Sequence record: NC_047770.1
Direction: 5' to 3' (one strand)
Source of the DNA: Escherichia phage ESCO13
Length of the DNA: 64,000 nt
The notes under the pieces are model-generated. The model worked only from the letters and a program-made list of their open reading frames with translations, was not told the origin of the DNA and searched no databases. The position numbers and the translations under genes were made by a program. Positions within the stretch are counted from its first letter, which is position 1. The number at the start of each line of letters is the position of its first letter. This document shows, piece after piece, positions 63,386 to 64,000 of the stretch.

Positions 63386-63693
63386 TCTTTTCTAGCCCAA
63401 GCCACGGCTGCTATCAATACATCTCCATGACAAGGTTGAGGGGAGCAGAAGCAAACTAAATCTTTCCCTTCTAGCTCTAATAAATCTTCAAGAGTGATCT
63501 TACCACAACGAATTTGCTCCCACAACCACTCTTTATACCTTTGTATAGTTGATCCTCGTGGTTCATCATCTTTTAACTTAAAAGGGTTTGCAAACTTGGA
63601 GGCTTTTAGTCCCATGTGTGGCATTGCTCTACCAATATAAACAGCACCTTCTGGGATTGTTTTGCCTAAATGGTAAAAGTTTAATACCTTCAT
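63325..63693 (-). CDS. DUF4326-like protein
   Basis: 122 aa; VYIGRA...SKFANPF...YKEWL...GKDLVCFCSPQPCHGDVL matches the pattern I recall for the DUF4326 family. Confidence 0.35.
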   Translation of the reverse strand: MKVLNFYHLGKTIPEGAVYIGRAMPHMGLKASKFANPFKLKDDEPRGSTIQRYKEWLWEQIRCGKITLEDLLELEGKDLVCFCSPQPCHGDVLIAAVAWARKEWDKRHPTYVDNYWIWEENF

Positions 63694-63694
63694 A

Positions 63695-64000
63695 TTAACC
63701 TAAACACATACGTGCGATCAGACCTTGAATTAGTTTATCTGCTTCTTCTCGATCATAGTCGGTATCTTCTATACCACCATCTTCGTCACGATAAACTTTA
63801 CCTTCCAGGTACCCAGCATCGATCAAACCAATAATCAAATCGAACTGCCAACAAGAATTACCGAAAGGACGTTTTCCACTGAAACTGTCTTCTTCTTCCC
63901 AAAGTGTAGAGAGCAGTCGTCTGAAATATTCACGCACAGTAACAGTGCCAAGATCATCGTCTTCAAAAACAACATCTAAAGCATCTGGTTCAGCTTTATC
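63695..64000 (-). CDS. Hypothetical protein, 5' end probably beyond the window
   Basis: Track ORF 63695-63937 starts at GTG, but the frame stays open upstream to position 64000. Confidence 0.35.
   Translation of the reverse strand, partial: DKAEPDALDVVFEDDDLGTVTVREYFRRLLSTLWEEEDSFSGKRPFGNSCWQFDLIIGLIDAGYLEGKVYRDEDGGIEDTDYDREEADKLIQGLIARMCLG

Noticed and set aside
1-64000. Prophage integration signals, tRNA genes or a CRISPR array
   Set aside because: No integrase or recombinase-like ORF, no cloverleaf-like intergenic sequence (intergenic regions are very short) and no regularly spaced direct repeats were seen; the repeats found are coding (collagen-like) or short hairpins.

Overview
This window reads as a tailed dsDNA phage with a contractile (myovirus-like) tail. 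No integrase, transposase, tRNA, rRNA or CRISPR array was recognised. Positions 1-32475 (+ strand) are a late structural module: portal C-terminal fragment, scaffold-like protein, small decoration-like protein, lambda gpE-like major capsid protein, neck proteins, tail sheath, tube, a tail assembly chaperone with an apparent -1 programmed frameshift, tape measure, baseplate proteins (gpV-like spike, gp25/W-like, J-like, I-like) and several large fibre/tailspike proteins (Calx-beta, beta-helix, collagen-like and Big_2 domains). A bidirectional terminator near 32480-32510 marks a strand switch. Positions 32539-64000 (- strand) carry replication and host-takeover genes: SSB with a DFDDDIPF tail, family A DNA polymerase, DNA methyltransferase, primase-helicase, four glycosyltransferases including a tandem duplicate, a secreted SleB-like cell wall hydrolase, anaerobic ribonucleotide reductase NrdD/NrdG and a UvrD-like helicase. 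The most unusual region is a Ter-like neighbourhood at about 45.5-55.5 kb (TerD, vWA, TelA-like, SprT-like, lipoprotein, TerC, macro-like, PRTase, HAD-like), which includes a duplicated small-protein cassette. All calls rest on motifs read by eye, gene order and the ORF track; no database search was run. Coordinates of regulatory elements are approximate (about +/-3 nt).
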